A stretch of DNA of 59,505 nucleotides, the filler included, from Jimgerdemannia flammicorona (taxonomy: Eukaryota), in the NCBI GenBank assembly GCA_003990765.1. It is 2 parts of 2 records of this genome, joined end to end, with 100 filler letters (N's around TTAATTAATTAA, not from the genome) between each part and the next. Parts side by side here need not be neighbours in the genome. Positions count along the whole stretch, not along the records: positions 1 to 29,706 come from RBNJ01000474.1; positions 29,807 to 59,505 come from RBNJ01000475.1. One strand, given 5' to 3'. The position numbers and the translations under genes were made by a program. The notes beneath the pieces were generated by a model that was given only the letters and a program-made list of their open reading frames with translations, searched no databases and was not told the DNA's origin. Positions within the stretch are counted from its first letter, which is position 1. Each line of letters starts with the position of its first letter. Shown in pieces: positions 26,889 to 39,800 of the stretch.

Positions 26889-28947
26889 TGTAAGAGGGTT
26901 GCTTTTTAGGGTAACCATTACATAGTTCTGGAAGGGTTTTCTGGAAGTTCTGGATATTCTGGAAGACTGTTTTCTTATGGTTAAGATCAATCTCATATGG
27001 AGTACGTCCTCTATGCTTATTGATTTCAAGATCAGGTTGACGTCTCAACCAAAGTCCTTTTTTGGACTAGTTCTGGATGTTTGGGATTTTCCGTATTTCA
27101 GGAAGTTCAAGAAACTAAGACCAGCTTAGTTGAATTGGCATATCACTGCAGACAATACCCAATTAGGAAATTTCGTGACAGAGTTAGGAGTGGGACCTAA
27201 CAGGGAGTGGGTTTACTTAAGAGTGGGTTGTGGGTTATCAAATAGATTTATTTGCTATTCATGATATTGCTATACTAGGAGTAGTTGTGTGAAGAGATGT
27301 TGTGGGGAAGTATTCAGGAATGTTCTTGTGTGTTCGAGTCTGAGATTCTGAGGTCTGGAGGAGGGGGTATTTATACTAGTGAGGGGCTATCTGGACTATG
27401 CTAGATATGGATATAGCACTAAGTGCCTTGCTGAGTCAGAATGCAGTCACATAGTACAGGTGTGATCTGACATATCAAGAGATTGTCTGACTGCTGAGTC
27501 AGTTCACAGTTACGTCGTACAAGCTAATCTAACTATACTATGACTGCTAGGCTATTTATGAGTTTAGGTACTGTCTGGGTAGTCTTCAATGACATCACCA
27601 TCAATAACATCATCTCTGATAAAGTAGTCATCTAGGAAGAGTGGTTTGCAGATTACTTCTCCTTGTTCGCTGAGGTAGTAATACATTGGGACTTCGTCTC
27701 CATCCCACAGGATAGCGTCGTCTGTCTCGTAGGCTGGATAAGGTGTTGGTGGGCGAAGGATGAGTGTATTGTCTTTGCTTTCATTGGATTCACTGTCTGC
27801 ATACCTTCTATAGGTTATAGCACTATGAGTTGCAGGATTGTAGTAAGCTGGCAGCTGTGGTTCATGTTGCTCGTACAGGTGGTGGAGTGGTTGGTTCAAT
27901 CTCGAGGGTTGTCTGAAGGTACAGGTTATATTCTCCAGTCTCTTCATTGTAGTTGAAGTAATCAGGGGTGAATGTAGGTTGGTATTCATGCCAGTGATCA
28001 TTGTCCCAATAAGTCTCGTATGCAGTTATGAACTGTTGTAAGTTCATCAGCAAGGTTGGTGGCATGATCAGGGTTGGCAGAGATCCTTGGCTTGAGCTCA
28101 TGTCGGCATCAGAGGGATCATTGTCTTCTGCTTCATCTTCGTCAAAATGGATTATATCATAGATGTCCTTCATAGTATATCTGACTTGAGGCATTTGCAG
28201 GATATAGTCATCAGGGTGCGGGAAGCTTCTGTCTGTGGTCTGGACATATTCGAGGTACTTGTGGTTGAGTTCTTATATCATGTCATCGATTTGGCCATAG
28301 GACAGGGTGGTAACCATTTCGCTGGTAGTGACTCGGAGGCAGGGAATAAAGGTATTGTACTTATAGAAGAGTTCTCGATGTTTGCAGGCGATGAGCTTCT
28401 GGTGTTGAGACATCTGGGTAATGTCTGTATCATGGTGGTGTTCGACCATGTCTTCCAAGAGGCAGCTGATCTGGTAGTAGCTTGAGATTTGTCCGATTCG
28501 GTGGGCCTCACTAAGCATGTTCAGGGCATTCCATCGGGCTTCCACGAAGTAGAGGGGTGCCAGGCTATGGATATTCATAAGGGGCAGAGGGGGTGTGGCT
28601 CGGTTGACAATGGCATTCCAAATGTCAGCATGGATACAGTTGTATATCTCAGTGATCATATTTGTGTATTTGGAAGTTATGGTTGTTATTTGTTTTGGTT
28701 CTCTGATTTGATGCGTCTCGGTGCTCAGTATATATGCATTTGGTCCTGATTGGTAAGATTCCATTTATGTAAATCTTGTGTTCCATGACTTCATATTGAC
28801 TCAGCTTTGTGTACTGTGACTTCGGTTTGACTCAGCTTCGTGATTAAGCAGGTAATTTCCAGATTTGTTCAGAGGTCACATGTAATTTCGGTGGCTTGTT
28901 CAGAGGGTGACGTGTAATTTTGGTGGCTTGGAGGTTGTGCGCTTACA
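26889..28947 (-). mobile_element. Solo LTR of family B (2059 bp)
   Basis: TGTAAG...CTTACA termini, a perfect 5-bp TSD GGAGG (26884-26888, 28948-28952), and homology to 49731-51802 and 58722 onward. Confidence 0.95.
27564..28764 (-). pseudogene. LTR-B U3-embedded ORF (~400 codons reconstructed), unknown function
   Basis: ORFs 28273-28764 and 27862-28194 are in one frame. The shift into 27564-28001 is repaired by 2 extra nt in the 49731 LTR copy (~50728). Confidence 0.65.
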
Positions 28948-29706
28948 GGAGGTAGTATGGGGTCCAGCTATGTGGCAATGGGACTGTCTGCTTCTAGGGG
29001 GAGTTCCACTCGCTGAGTTTGATATTGGAGATGTAGTGGAGTATCAGCGGTGAATTGGCCAGGATCTTTGGCCAAGTAGTTGGCAGGTGGTGGAGATTGG
29101 TGAAGAGTGGGACAGGGCAGGGATCTGGTCTTGGAGTATGGAGGTACGGCAGTGGCTTCCTCCCAAGTTCTGGGTAGTGTGGTGGTAAATGTTGCAGAGG
29201 AATGTTATATTGAACTTCCATGCTAGGCATCTGGTGGATGGTGGTCAGCTGGATTGTGAGGAGTGTGCAAGTTGGGGGTTTTGTACAAATGCCGGAACAT
29301 TGGCTGGGGGAGTGTGAGGTTCTGGGAGACTTTTGGATAGCTGTAGGAGACCGACTTGGGGTTGAAAGGAGACTGGATGAAGAGAGAGGTTGCTGGGAAG
29401 ATCTGGAATCTAGACTTGTAGGAGGTGTCGGTAATAGGTGGCTTACTGTAGGGTGGGTTGTGGCAGTGTGGGTGGGGTTGGCTGGACATTGGCTCTTTAT
29501 TTTTGAGGAGGGGTGATAAATAGGGATACGGGAGGAGTTATTGAGATGGGAGGAGTTGGTGGTAGATTTGCTGACAGGGTGGTGGGTTGGATGGGGACCG
29601 CAAGGTAGGCAATGTCACTGTCTGGTGGAAGGGATTTGTGAGCAGAGTGGTGGGCAGGTGGAGATGGTGTTTGATAAGGTGGTCTTTCGTCGAGAAGGGG
29701 TAGGGG

Positions 29707-29806
29707 NNNNNNNNNNNNNNNNNNNNNNNNNNNNNNNNNNNNNNNNNNNNTTAATTAATTAANNNNNNNNNNNNNNNNNNNNNNNNNNNNNNNNNNNNNN
29801 NNNNNN
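29707..29806. other. Artificial contig linker (44 N + TTAATTAATTAA + 44 N)
   Basis: Exactly 100 nt, symmetric, with stop codons in all six frames. Confidence 0.95.
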
Positions 29807-30958
29807 TAACTATATAATTAAAGATATAATTAATACTATTTTTAAATTTTAGATTTATATTTTAGTATTAATTAATATAGAGTTTTTAATAAGTTTATAA
29901 ATTATAAGAATTTTTTTAATCTTAAATTATATACTTAATATTTATAATTATAAGAAGTAATTTATATATAAAATTACTAATATATATATAATATAAAGTT
30001 AGTATTTTTAAATTTTTTTTTTTCTTAACTTTAAAATATAATAATATAATAAAAATATATCTAAATTTATTATTTTTATTATATTAAATTTATTTTAATA
30101 AATTAAATTCAATAAATTTAATTTGATTAAATTTATTAAAAGTATTAATAAAAATATTATATATATTGTCACATAGTAGTCACTGAGTCCTTCAAATATA
30201 TCAGATTCTCTTCAAGATATATCTCTTAGACTAACTCAAGTTTGTTATAAGTAAGTTCTTATTAGAGTACCTTCCTAAGGTCTTATAGTCCTCAAACTTC
30301 TTATCTTTAAACTATCTTGTTATCTCTTAGATTACTTACAAGGAAGTATGTATATTATACTAAGAGAAACTAACTTTATTTCAGAGGAAATAAGAGAGAT
30401 ATTTATAAAAAATATAATTCAATAGTTGCTAAGATATAAAGCTAAATATAAATTCTAATAACTAAAATAAAATGCCAGGACAGGAAAAACTACTAAGTTC
30501 CAGAGTTGGCACTGATAGTTATATAGGTTCAGAATGCTGGTATAATTCAGTATCATATCAGAATACTAGTGCTGGCATTATTTAGTATTATATCAAAATG
30601 CCAGTACTGAAACAATTCTATATTACCTCAGAATACCAGTACTGGTATTATTCAGTATAACCAAGGGACTTAGAACAGAATGTTCAAGATCATAAAACTT
30701 CATCATCAGAGGTCAGAATGTCTTCAAAGGAGATGAGGTCTACAAATTTATCATTGTCATGTATTTTGTATATATCACATGAGATGATATTATCACCAAT
30801 AACATCATCACATTTAGTGGCAGAGAAATTGGGGGCTCTCTAATCTATAAGGTTCTCTTCCACAAAATAGGGAACAAATGTGGGGTCTTAGAGAGGTCTA
30901 ATCTGGATGCTTGAGTCTCAGAATACTGAGATCAATCTTTACAGAAATTGATCTGAGT

Positions 30959-33900
30959 CAATCACCTTTCACTAGTAATATTCAGGTGACACAAGACTTA
31001 GACAACACTTTTGACAATGTTTTTGGTGAAAGGCGACTAGCAACATAGAGAGCAATGACTATATAGGTATACATACTAGGTCAGGTGGATCTCGGGCCTT
31101 TGACTGGCAGCAGGTGGGAAGGGGTTATGGTCTGGGGATGGGGGCTTTTGGTAGACCGAAGAATGGAGAAGGCTCTGGAGGGGGACTGGTGTCCAGTGGC
31201 TATGGGGGAAGATCTGGTCTCCCAAGCTTTGCCGACAAGGTTAAGGAGAGTGGGTGGCCAGCTGGTAACAGGGCTGGTACTGCTGAGGGGAAAGGCAAGG
31301 TGAGCCTTGGGAGGGGGGGCAGTGCTCTGACTGGGAGTGTAGGTGTAGGGGCTGGAGGTGCTGTGGCTGGGGGTATGGCTGTTGATGGGAGTGTGATGGG
31401 GAATCAGGAAAAAAAAAGAGATGTAATGGCTGATGGCCAGGGGGGCAGGGGTTCCCAATGTGGAAGGGGGACCTGGCGGATGGTGTAACAGGGCTGACAG
31501 TGACCCTATTGCTCAAGAAGTCAATCTCAGAGTTTGCAGTGACCTTGTGCTTCCAGGGCTTGGCAGTGATGGCAAAGATGGTTCTGGGGCTTGTCTTGAA
31601 GCAGGTGGCTGAGGCAGCCTCAGTGAAGTTCTTGAAGGGTCTGGAGGGAGTCAAGGTGGAATTTGAGGAGGCCGGTCCATTGGATGAGGTGCTGAAGACT
31701 GGAGTTATAGTTGGGGAGATGGTGGTCCCCATGGTGCAGTGCTTGCAATGGGACTCCAGAGTGGTATAGCTTCTGGTGAAGGGGGTGCCCACAGTGACCA
31801 AGGAGGAGACTAGGAAGAGAGTGGAGGAGGTGATGATTGAGTATGGTGATGTGGTAGACATCAGCTTTCAAGTGTAAGAGGGGATGACAATCAGGATGGG
31901 TGATGTGGATGTCAGGATTTGGCTGGCAGGGAAGGAGGCTACAGGGAAGACAAGTGACTGGCCTTCTATGCTGATGTGGGGGTATTTGTCTGTAAGGTGT
32001 CGAGAGTGAAGGGGAGTGAGGAGGAGGAGGAGGACTTGTTGGAGGTACTAGAGAAGATGAGTGGAGCTGTGGAGAGGAGGGCAAGGGCCTAGAGGATGTA
32101 TGAGGAGTCGACACATCTGGAGGTTATAGAGGGGAAGCAAATCCACATGGACAAGGGGCAGTGGGAGAGGGTACAGGGGCACAGGAGGCAGAGGGAGCTA
32201 CTGACAAGTATGATAGTCGAGGTAAAGGAGAAGGCAGTTGGGGCTGAGGTATCTGGGGGCATCAAGGCCAGTGTCTGGGCTAGTAAAGGGGTAGGGGAGG
32301 TGAAGGTGGGCAAGGAAGAAGATGGGAAGGTGCTGAGCAAGGACCCCTTTGCTGATGGCACCCTCAAGGTCTGGGAGCTGGAATTGGATTCCACCCCCCC
32401 TCCTCTGATCAGGAGGGGCCCGGCTGCGAAGAGAAGGGCATCAGAGGATGTGCTGATGGAGGGGGCCCAGCGAGTGCATTTTGGGGTCTCTGATGTGGCA
32501 AAAGGGGGCCAGGTAGTGGTGGCTGGTGAGGATGAGCTAGTGGATGTCCCTGAGAAGGAGTGGGATGAGGCTATCAGTGTGGGTGCTGATACCATGATGT
32601 TGGATGCGGGACAGCCAGGGACTCCTGGAGGAAAGGAGGTAGGAAACTTGCTATGGATGAGCAAGGTGATGGATAACCTCATGGCAGATGCATTGGGAGA
32701 AGTGGATCTGCGGGTTATGCCTGAGGAGTACTGGGAGAGGATTCTACATGGTGAGGGAGTAGTGGAGGTGCTGAAGGGGGAGATTCTTGCAGTCCTCTTA
32801 AAGGAGGAGGGATATGAGGTCGATGAGGTGAGGAAGGCAGAGCTGGTAGTGGCTGCAGGTGAGCAGGCAATATACTGCTGGGCTGAGCGGCATAGTCTGC
32901 AGCTCTGGAGGGAGGCCTGTCTGGAGTATCGTGAGGAATTTGAGGAGAGAGAAGATGAGGTAATGGTAGAACTCCTGGGAGGATTGGAGGTATGGGAGGC
33001 TGGGGAAAGGGAATTAGCTGCTGAACGTAAATTGAACTTGGTGCAGGAGGAGCTGAATGTGGACTTATAGAGGATGGGATCACTTTCGAACATTATTCCT
33101 TATGAATAGTACAACTAACTTTTCTCTTTGAATGTAAATAGGCTGAGGGGATCTGGATAGCATAAGAACATTTTTACTTGGCTCAAAGGATTGGAGGCTG
33201 ATCTATTTTTACTATAGAATGTGCAGTGTGAGGATGAGGATGATCGGGCGAAGTGGACTCAGGAATGGGGCAGGGCTTCTGCTTGGTTTGAAAAAGTGGC
33301 GATTCTGGTGAGGAAGGATAGAGGTGACTTGGAGGGAATCAAGAGCTGGGGTGACTGTTTGGTCTGGGGTAATTGGCAGCGGCCAGGGTGGGAGTTAGTG
33401 AGGGTTGGCTCTTACTACTGCCCTGTGGTTAGAGGTGAGAGGATTGCTTGGATTAGGGAGCTGCTGGAGGAGGGTGTTCTCTTGGCAGAAGGGGTTAATG
33501 TGATTGAGGGGAACTTTAATATGGTTCAGGATTGGCATCTGGACCACACTGATGGTGGGAAGAGTGCAGGAGAGAGAAGTGGAGGCCTGGACACATGGGA
33601 GGAGGTGGAGAGGTTGAGCTCCTTCAGGAATATGGGTAGAACACGATGGGGTGACTCCAGGGTCTATATACATTGGGTGAATGGCTTGGGTACAAGGATT
33701 GACTGGATTCTGATGGCAGAATGCTGGGGGTCTGATGTCTGGAAGAGATTGGAGGTGGAATGGTGCCCATGGTCTGATCATTGGGGGCTGTTGGGACAGG
33801 GGCAGTTTGGGGGGGGTGGAGATGGACCCAGACATTGGCACCTCAACTCCTCCCTACTAGCTGAGAAGGGGTTGTGGGATTCATGGGTTGTGGACATTCA

Positions 33901-36815
33901 GGTGAAAGTTTCTCGTTGGTGGTGTGAGGGTTTGTCAGTGGGTGTCCGGTAGATGAGATTGAAGGAGGCTGTGAGGGTCTATTGGGGTGAGGCTGGGAGA
34001 GAAGCTGGGAGAAGAAGGAGGAAGCGCATGAGGTGTACTTCTAGCAGGCTGAGGAGATTGCAGATAGATTGGGGTGATTTGCTTACTTCTGATGGGGTGG
34101 AGGATTGGAGGTTAGAGCGGATTAGATTGGAGGTGTGGGAACTGCAACAGGTGCTGAGAGATGAGGAGGAGGTGTATATGCAGGGTATGGCTGCTAGGCT
34201 TCGGTGGCAGAGGCTTGAGGAGGGTGAGCGGCCTTCTAGATATTTATCCTGTCTGCTCAATGCTAGGAGGGTGAGACAGTGGTGGGATGGAGTCCTTGAT
34301 GCCAATAGGGACATAGTGCATGGCATACAATGAATCCTAGGGGTTTTGAAAGAGAGATGGCAGGGTTTGTGGAGTGAGGATGAAGGGGGTGCTGATGTGG
34401 TGGCTATTGAAGAGACATTAGGAGAATGGTGGCTGCCACAAGTGGCTGGACTGGGTGACTTGGCCTTGTCAGTGCGAGGTGAGAAAGTCCAGAGTATCCT
34501 TGCAGCAACTTAAACTGGAACAGCACCAGGGGAGGATGGACTACTATGGGACTTTTGAAAGAAGATGGTCAAGGTCTCTGGCATTCTGGGGGAGATGACT
34601 GCTCTTTGTGATAATGTTCTTCAGAATGGTGAATGGGTTGGGGAGCAGGACCTCAGGCTAGTGGCTTTATTATACAAAGACAAGGGGAGGAGAGAAGACT
34701 GGAAGAACTGGCGGCTGATCATGCTTTTGGACATGAACAGGAAGATGGTGACTAAGGTGATTGTCGCAAGGCTGCAGAAGGTTGCCCAACAGGTGCTGAG
34801 GGAGGAGCAGCAGGGCTTTGTTGGAGGAAGACTTATTAGAGATGGGACTGCTTGGGTGTATGGTGTCATTGAAGGGGTCCGGGCTTGTGGTCTGGATGGG
34901 AGGTTGGTCTTTTTGGATCAGAAGAAGGCCTATGATCAGGTCCGGCAGGTTTGACTGGGCAAGGTGCTGGATCATATTAGTGTTCCTCCTGGATTTCAGG
35001 CTTCTATGGTAAATCTGCTCAAGGGCAGTTGGGCAGCACTATTGTGTAATGGTCACCATGGTCAGGCATTTACCTTGGGAAGAGGGGTTCCTCAGGGAGA
35101 CCCCTTGTTACCTATCCTTTATACTCTCTCATTGAAACTGTTAATAGATAGAATTTGTTAGAAGGTGGCGGGGCTCTCTATCTATGGCATAGTGTGGAAG
35201 GTGGGGGCCTTTACAGATGATATAGTGGTTGGCCTTGGGTCTATGGCAGATGTCAAGGCACTTCAGGAGACAGTGGAATAGTATGAGATTCACTCTGAGG
35301 TGAAGCTCAACTGGCATAAGTGTGAGACTATAGTGCTAGGGAATGGGCTGGTGGGTGGGAATGTCATTGGAACAATTGTCCCTACTGGTGAGGTGGTATG
35401 GTATCTGGGCATCTTTCTCTCTGTATATGGTTCTGTCTTGCCATGAGTATGGTGGGAGAGCAGGGTGGCTATTTGGGGGGAGACCCTTCGAGGTTGGGGA
35501 GGCCATCATATCTCTCTAGTAGGGCAGGTATCGATTCTGAATACATACTAGTTTCCCAAGCTGTGGTATGTGGCATATCACCTAGACTTCCCAGCTTGGG
35601 TGGTGAAGAGGCTGATGAAGGTGGCTAAGGATTGGATTTGGGTAGAGAGGAGGTCCCAGGTCAGTTGGGATGCTCTTGCAATGCTGGTGGACAGGGGAGG
35701 TCTTGGCCTTGTGGATTTCCCTAAGAGATTGCACTGCTTGTGAGCCTGGTGGCTGAAGAGAGTGGCTGAACTACAGGGAGGGGGTTGGGTCCTTCTGATA
35801 CAGAAGGTGTGGGAGATGAGAACCTCCCCCCGAGGGTCCTCGGGAGATCTAATCTCTTTAGTGGGGCTCAATGGAATTCGGCGGCTGAGATTTAAGAGCT
35901 TCTGGTGGGGAGTGGTCGATGGAGTACACCAAATTAGTCTGTGCTGGCAAGGTAATGAGGGGGAGGTATTGTGGGGTCCTCATATGTAGCGATGGGATAG
36001 ACTGCTTCTGGGGGGTGCTCCACTTGTTACTTTTGACATTGGGGATGGAGTGAAGTGTCAGCAGGGTCTTGGCCAAGACCTTTGGCCAAGTGGTTGGCAG
36101 ATAGTCGGAATTGGTGAGGAGTGGGACTGGGCTGGTGTCTGGTCTTGGAGTACTGAGGTACAGTGGTAGCTTCCCCCCAAGTTCTGGGTGGTATGCTGTG
36201 GAGGAATGTCATGCTGAATTTCTATACCAGGCATCTAGTGGATGGTAGCTGTTTTGATTGTGAGGAGTGTTACAATATAGGGCAAGTTGGGGGTTTGGTG
36301 TAGATGCCAGAACATTGGCTGGGGGAGTGTGAGGTTTTGGGGGACTTTTGGGTTGAAATAGAAAATATATTGGGTGTAGAGCACAGGCCAGCGGGTGAAG
36401 GGGATCACTGAGAGGCCTTGAGATCTTGGCTGATGGGTGGGGTGGGTGATAGTTGGCTCACTGTTGGGTGGGTATTAGCAATTTGGGTGGGTCTGGTGGG
36501 ACATTGGCTATTTGTGTTTGAGGAGGGGTGGCAGATGAGCCTGCAGGAGAAGATTGTAAGGTGGGAGGAGCTGTTGGGGGATCTGTTGACGGGATGGTGG
36601 GTAGGTTGGAGTCCCTCAGGGGGGTGGTGGTGTGGTTTGGTGGCAAGGATATGCGAATAGAGTGGTAGAAGAGTGGGAATTGTATTTGATAGAGTGGTGT
36701 TTCATCGAGAAGGGGTAGGGAGAAGAGGCCTCCCTAGGGGGATTGGTTAGGGGGTGGGTTTAATGTATTTATATAGATTAGATGGGTGTAATAAAAGATG
36801 AGTCCAAGTGACTAT

Positions 36816-36841
<26 letters not shown>
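30959..36841 (+). mobile_element. Full-length L1/Tx1-like LINE (LINE-3), inserted in the A2 3' LTR
   Basis: TSD TTGATCTGAGT (30948-30958, 36842-36852), AATAAA at ~36790 and poly(A) at 36816-36840. The 5' end ACCTTTCACTAG...GACACAAGAC matches the LINE-1 5' end. ORF1 ends at 33070; ORF2 runs 33102-~36750. Confidence 0.95.
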
Positions 36842-36846
<5 letters not shown>

Positions 36847-39800
36847 CTGAGTTGTTCTGAAGAATAGAATGCTAGAAGTCTTCTACTTCATCACTATTGA
36901 GGGTGATAGTGGACTGGACTTCTGTGGCTACCCTGACTTCTAGTATATTGATATGGTGGGATGACAGGTCTCTGAAATCTGAGACTCTAATATACTCCAA
37001 GTTGGAGATCGATCATAGTGTATGCCTGAAGATCTGATAAATCTTCTTAGCTGTCCTTATTTCATATATATCTATAGGAGTGGCATCTTGTAGCTCTTGA
37101 GGGCTGACCTGTGGAAACTCCCAGCAGAGGAGATTTTCTATTTCATACTTCTGCTATATTTGGAGGTATTTGGTAGTAATGGTGATCCTTGTTTCCATTT
37201 CATGACAGTAGAGGATATAGTGATAAGGGTCACCAGTATCCAGATTGACACTAGGAGTTCTTCTTGAGTGGGTTCTCGTGGCTCTTCTGATATCTTAGAA
37301 CATCCTCTCTTCAACTGAGATATCTTGGTGGTTCCTTGACCTTGAGGTTTGATAAGTAGCAGGCATTTTGTTTGTGGTAAGTCTTTGAGCTATTTTGGGG
37401 TTTGGTGGGTCTTATTGGTTACTACTACTGTAGTTCTTTGATCCTTCTTTTATGTTTCTCAAGATACTATACTATGGTTACAATGACTCACAGTTGGTCA
37501 TCATTGCTCATCTTGTATGCCATATAATCTTCTTGTGCTCCAATCTGGTGGCTTGTAAGGAAAGACTGTCTCCTATGCTGATGTTATCATTCTGGGGTCA
37601 CCATTACATCTTCCTTCTGAATAAGGATCTTCTCGAGCATCCTTATTCATTGGTCTAGTCCTAAAAAATTTACTGATCCCATAATCTCTGGCAAGGGGTC
37701 AAAAAGTGGTGTTTATAGACTAGTGTCTTCTCTTTATATTTTGGCATGATGGTGGAGGGTCACTCTCTTCATATAGAACAAGAGTCTGATTCTGATCTTG
37801 ACCAATCAGTTGACAGTTCAAACTCCTCTGGCTTCAAAAGTCTCATAGATGAGTAGTTGCTAGTACCATATCTCTTAGAGAATAGTCCAGACAAATAGCC
37901 TGCTGGTCACAGGACATGCTGTTATAATTTGCAGACTAGAACCTTGCAGGTGGTCATTACATTTTACTTCTCTTATATAGATTCATGGTACTTCTTGAGT
38001 CTATTCTTATGTATCATAGTAGGCAGTATAGTCTCTGAGATTTTTCTAAGCCAGAAGGTAGTTTTCTTGATATCTTGCACATACATAAAAGAGTTCTTCC
38101 CATTTGGGTTTCAGTTTTTATAACCATGAGGCTTCTACTATATTTTGATATAGTAGGACTTTTTTTTCAATTTGGATGAGTTCTAGGGTCTTGGGATTCT
38201 TTTCTATATTCTTCTTTATCAGTGCTTATGACTTGATGATATAATCTTCAGCCTTCTTCCTGATTTTATGTAGTCTCCAGATTTCTGCATCAACCTATCT
38301 CTAGGTTAAGTCTAGATTTATGGCTGAGGTTTCATCAGAATCTTCTTTCCCAAAAAGCAGTTTCCTTGGGGTAAAGTGTGTGCACTATGACTATATATCT
38401 TGTAGAATAGAGGGAGCAGTTGGGAGATAGTTATCCCAATTCCCATATGTCTCTAAGATCTTTGCCAGGATGTTCTTGAGGGTCTTGTTGGTTCTCTCTG
38501 TCTGTCCATTTCCTTGAGGGTGGTATATGGTGGTCTTGATGTGCTGGATCTTGTATTTCTGATATATTATCTTATGGAATCTATTGACAAATTCTGTATT
38601 ATGGTCTGTTGTGATTTGCTTCAGTGTCTTGTAGTGGCAGATGATTTCTTGGTGCAGGAAGTTAGCTATAGAGAGAACATTGACTTCTTGTAATACTCCT
38701 GCCTCTATTTATTTGGTGAAGAGGTCTACAATAACTATAATATAGCAGTTTCCTGATAGTGTTACTGATAGTAACCCAATGATATCTATTGCAATGTGGT
38801 GGAAGGGGATAGGCTCAATTCTTGATGACTCAGGTACCTAGTCTTGCTGATCTTGTTTCTGTTTTTGGCACTTATCACACTCTTTAATAAATTGGTACAG
38901 GTCTTCTTCTATCTTGGGCCACCACATAGTTCTTCTTGCCTTATCATATGTATGTATTGGTTCCTCCTAAATGTCCTTACTCATATACTTTCTTCATTAC
39001 TTAATACTTCTTATATTTGGATATTACTAGCTTTTCTCCTTTTCTGAGTATAGTATTGTCTAGTTCAAACTATTTCCAAGTCTAGTTAATGATGGTGATT
39101 GTTCAGGGTTTGAGGTAGTTGGGCATCTTCCACTGTCTAAGATAGCTGATTAATCCATAGTATAGCTCCTTATTCATATTAAATAGTCTTGATGGGGGTG
39201 TTTCAGAGTGTTCTTGAGAGTGCATCAGCATTGGTATTGGTTCTTCCTAAGCAGTACTTAATAGTACAGCCATACTCTTGCAGTCTGTAGATCTATCTGA
39301 CATATATTTCTTTGGGGTTCAGAGTGTAGAATAGTCAGGCAAGAGCAGAATGGTCTGTTTGAATGATGAAGTATTTCTCAGCTAAGTAGTAGTGAAACTT
39401 GTCTACTGTCCAAACTACTGCTAAGCATTCAAGCTTGCATGACTCATAGTTCTATTCTACTCCACAAGTACCTTGGCTTACATAGGAGATGATATATTCA
39501 TATCCATCTTTCTTCTGAGCTAGGACTGCTCTAAGTCCTATAGCACTCGCATCTGTCTGCAGGATAAATTCTATGTTCCAATCTGATCTTCTGAGGATAG
39601 GTGCTTAGGTCAATCTGGTCTTGAGTTTATTGAAGGTTTCTTGGTACTCTTTGGTCTATTTGAATTTAGTTTTCTTCTTCAGTAGCTTATAGATAGGTAC
39701 TGCAATGTTGGAATATCCTTTAGTAAATCTTCTGTAGTAGCTGGTCAGTCCAAGGAAGGCATGGACTTCTGTGGTTATTCTGGGTCTTGGGTAGGCTGCA

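Larger units (their letters stand above)
23422..29706 (+). mobile_element. 5'-truncated L1/Tx1-like LINE (LINE-2), interrupted by a solo LTR-B and ending at the assembly gap
   Basis: Begins within ORF1 (matches 32504 onward). ORF2 from 24018 has GGDFN, RIDWIL, SDH, RGVPQEDPLSP and FADD. Confidence 0.9.

Noticed and set aside
29751..29762. TTAATTAATTAA palindrome as a biological site
   Set aside because: Centred in symmetric N runs; a six-frame-stop assembly linker
8371..30147. Pairing the hAT end at 8371 with the decayed end at 30147 as one element
   Set aside because: The flanking 8-mers (GCTCCTTT vs ATAAAAAT) do not match and an artificial gap separates them
32089..33093. 334-aa antisense ORF and similar Pro/Ser-rich antisense ORFs in the LINEs
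   Set aside because: Mirror frames of the G-rich, T-poor ORF1/ORF2 strand
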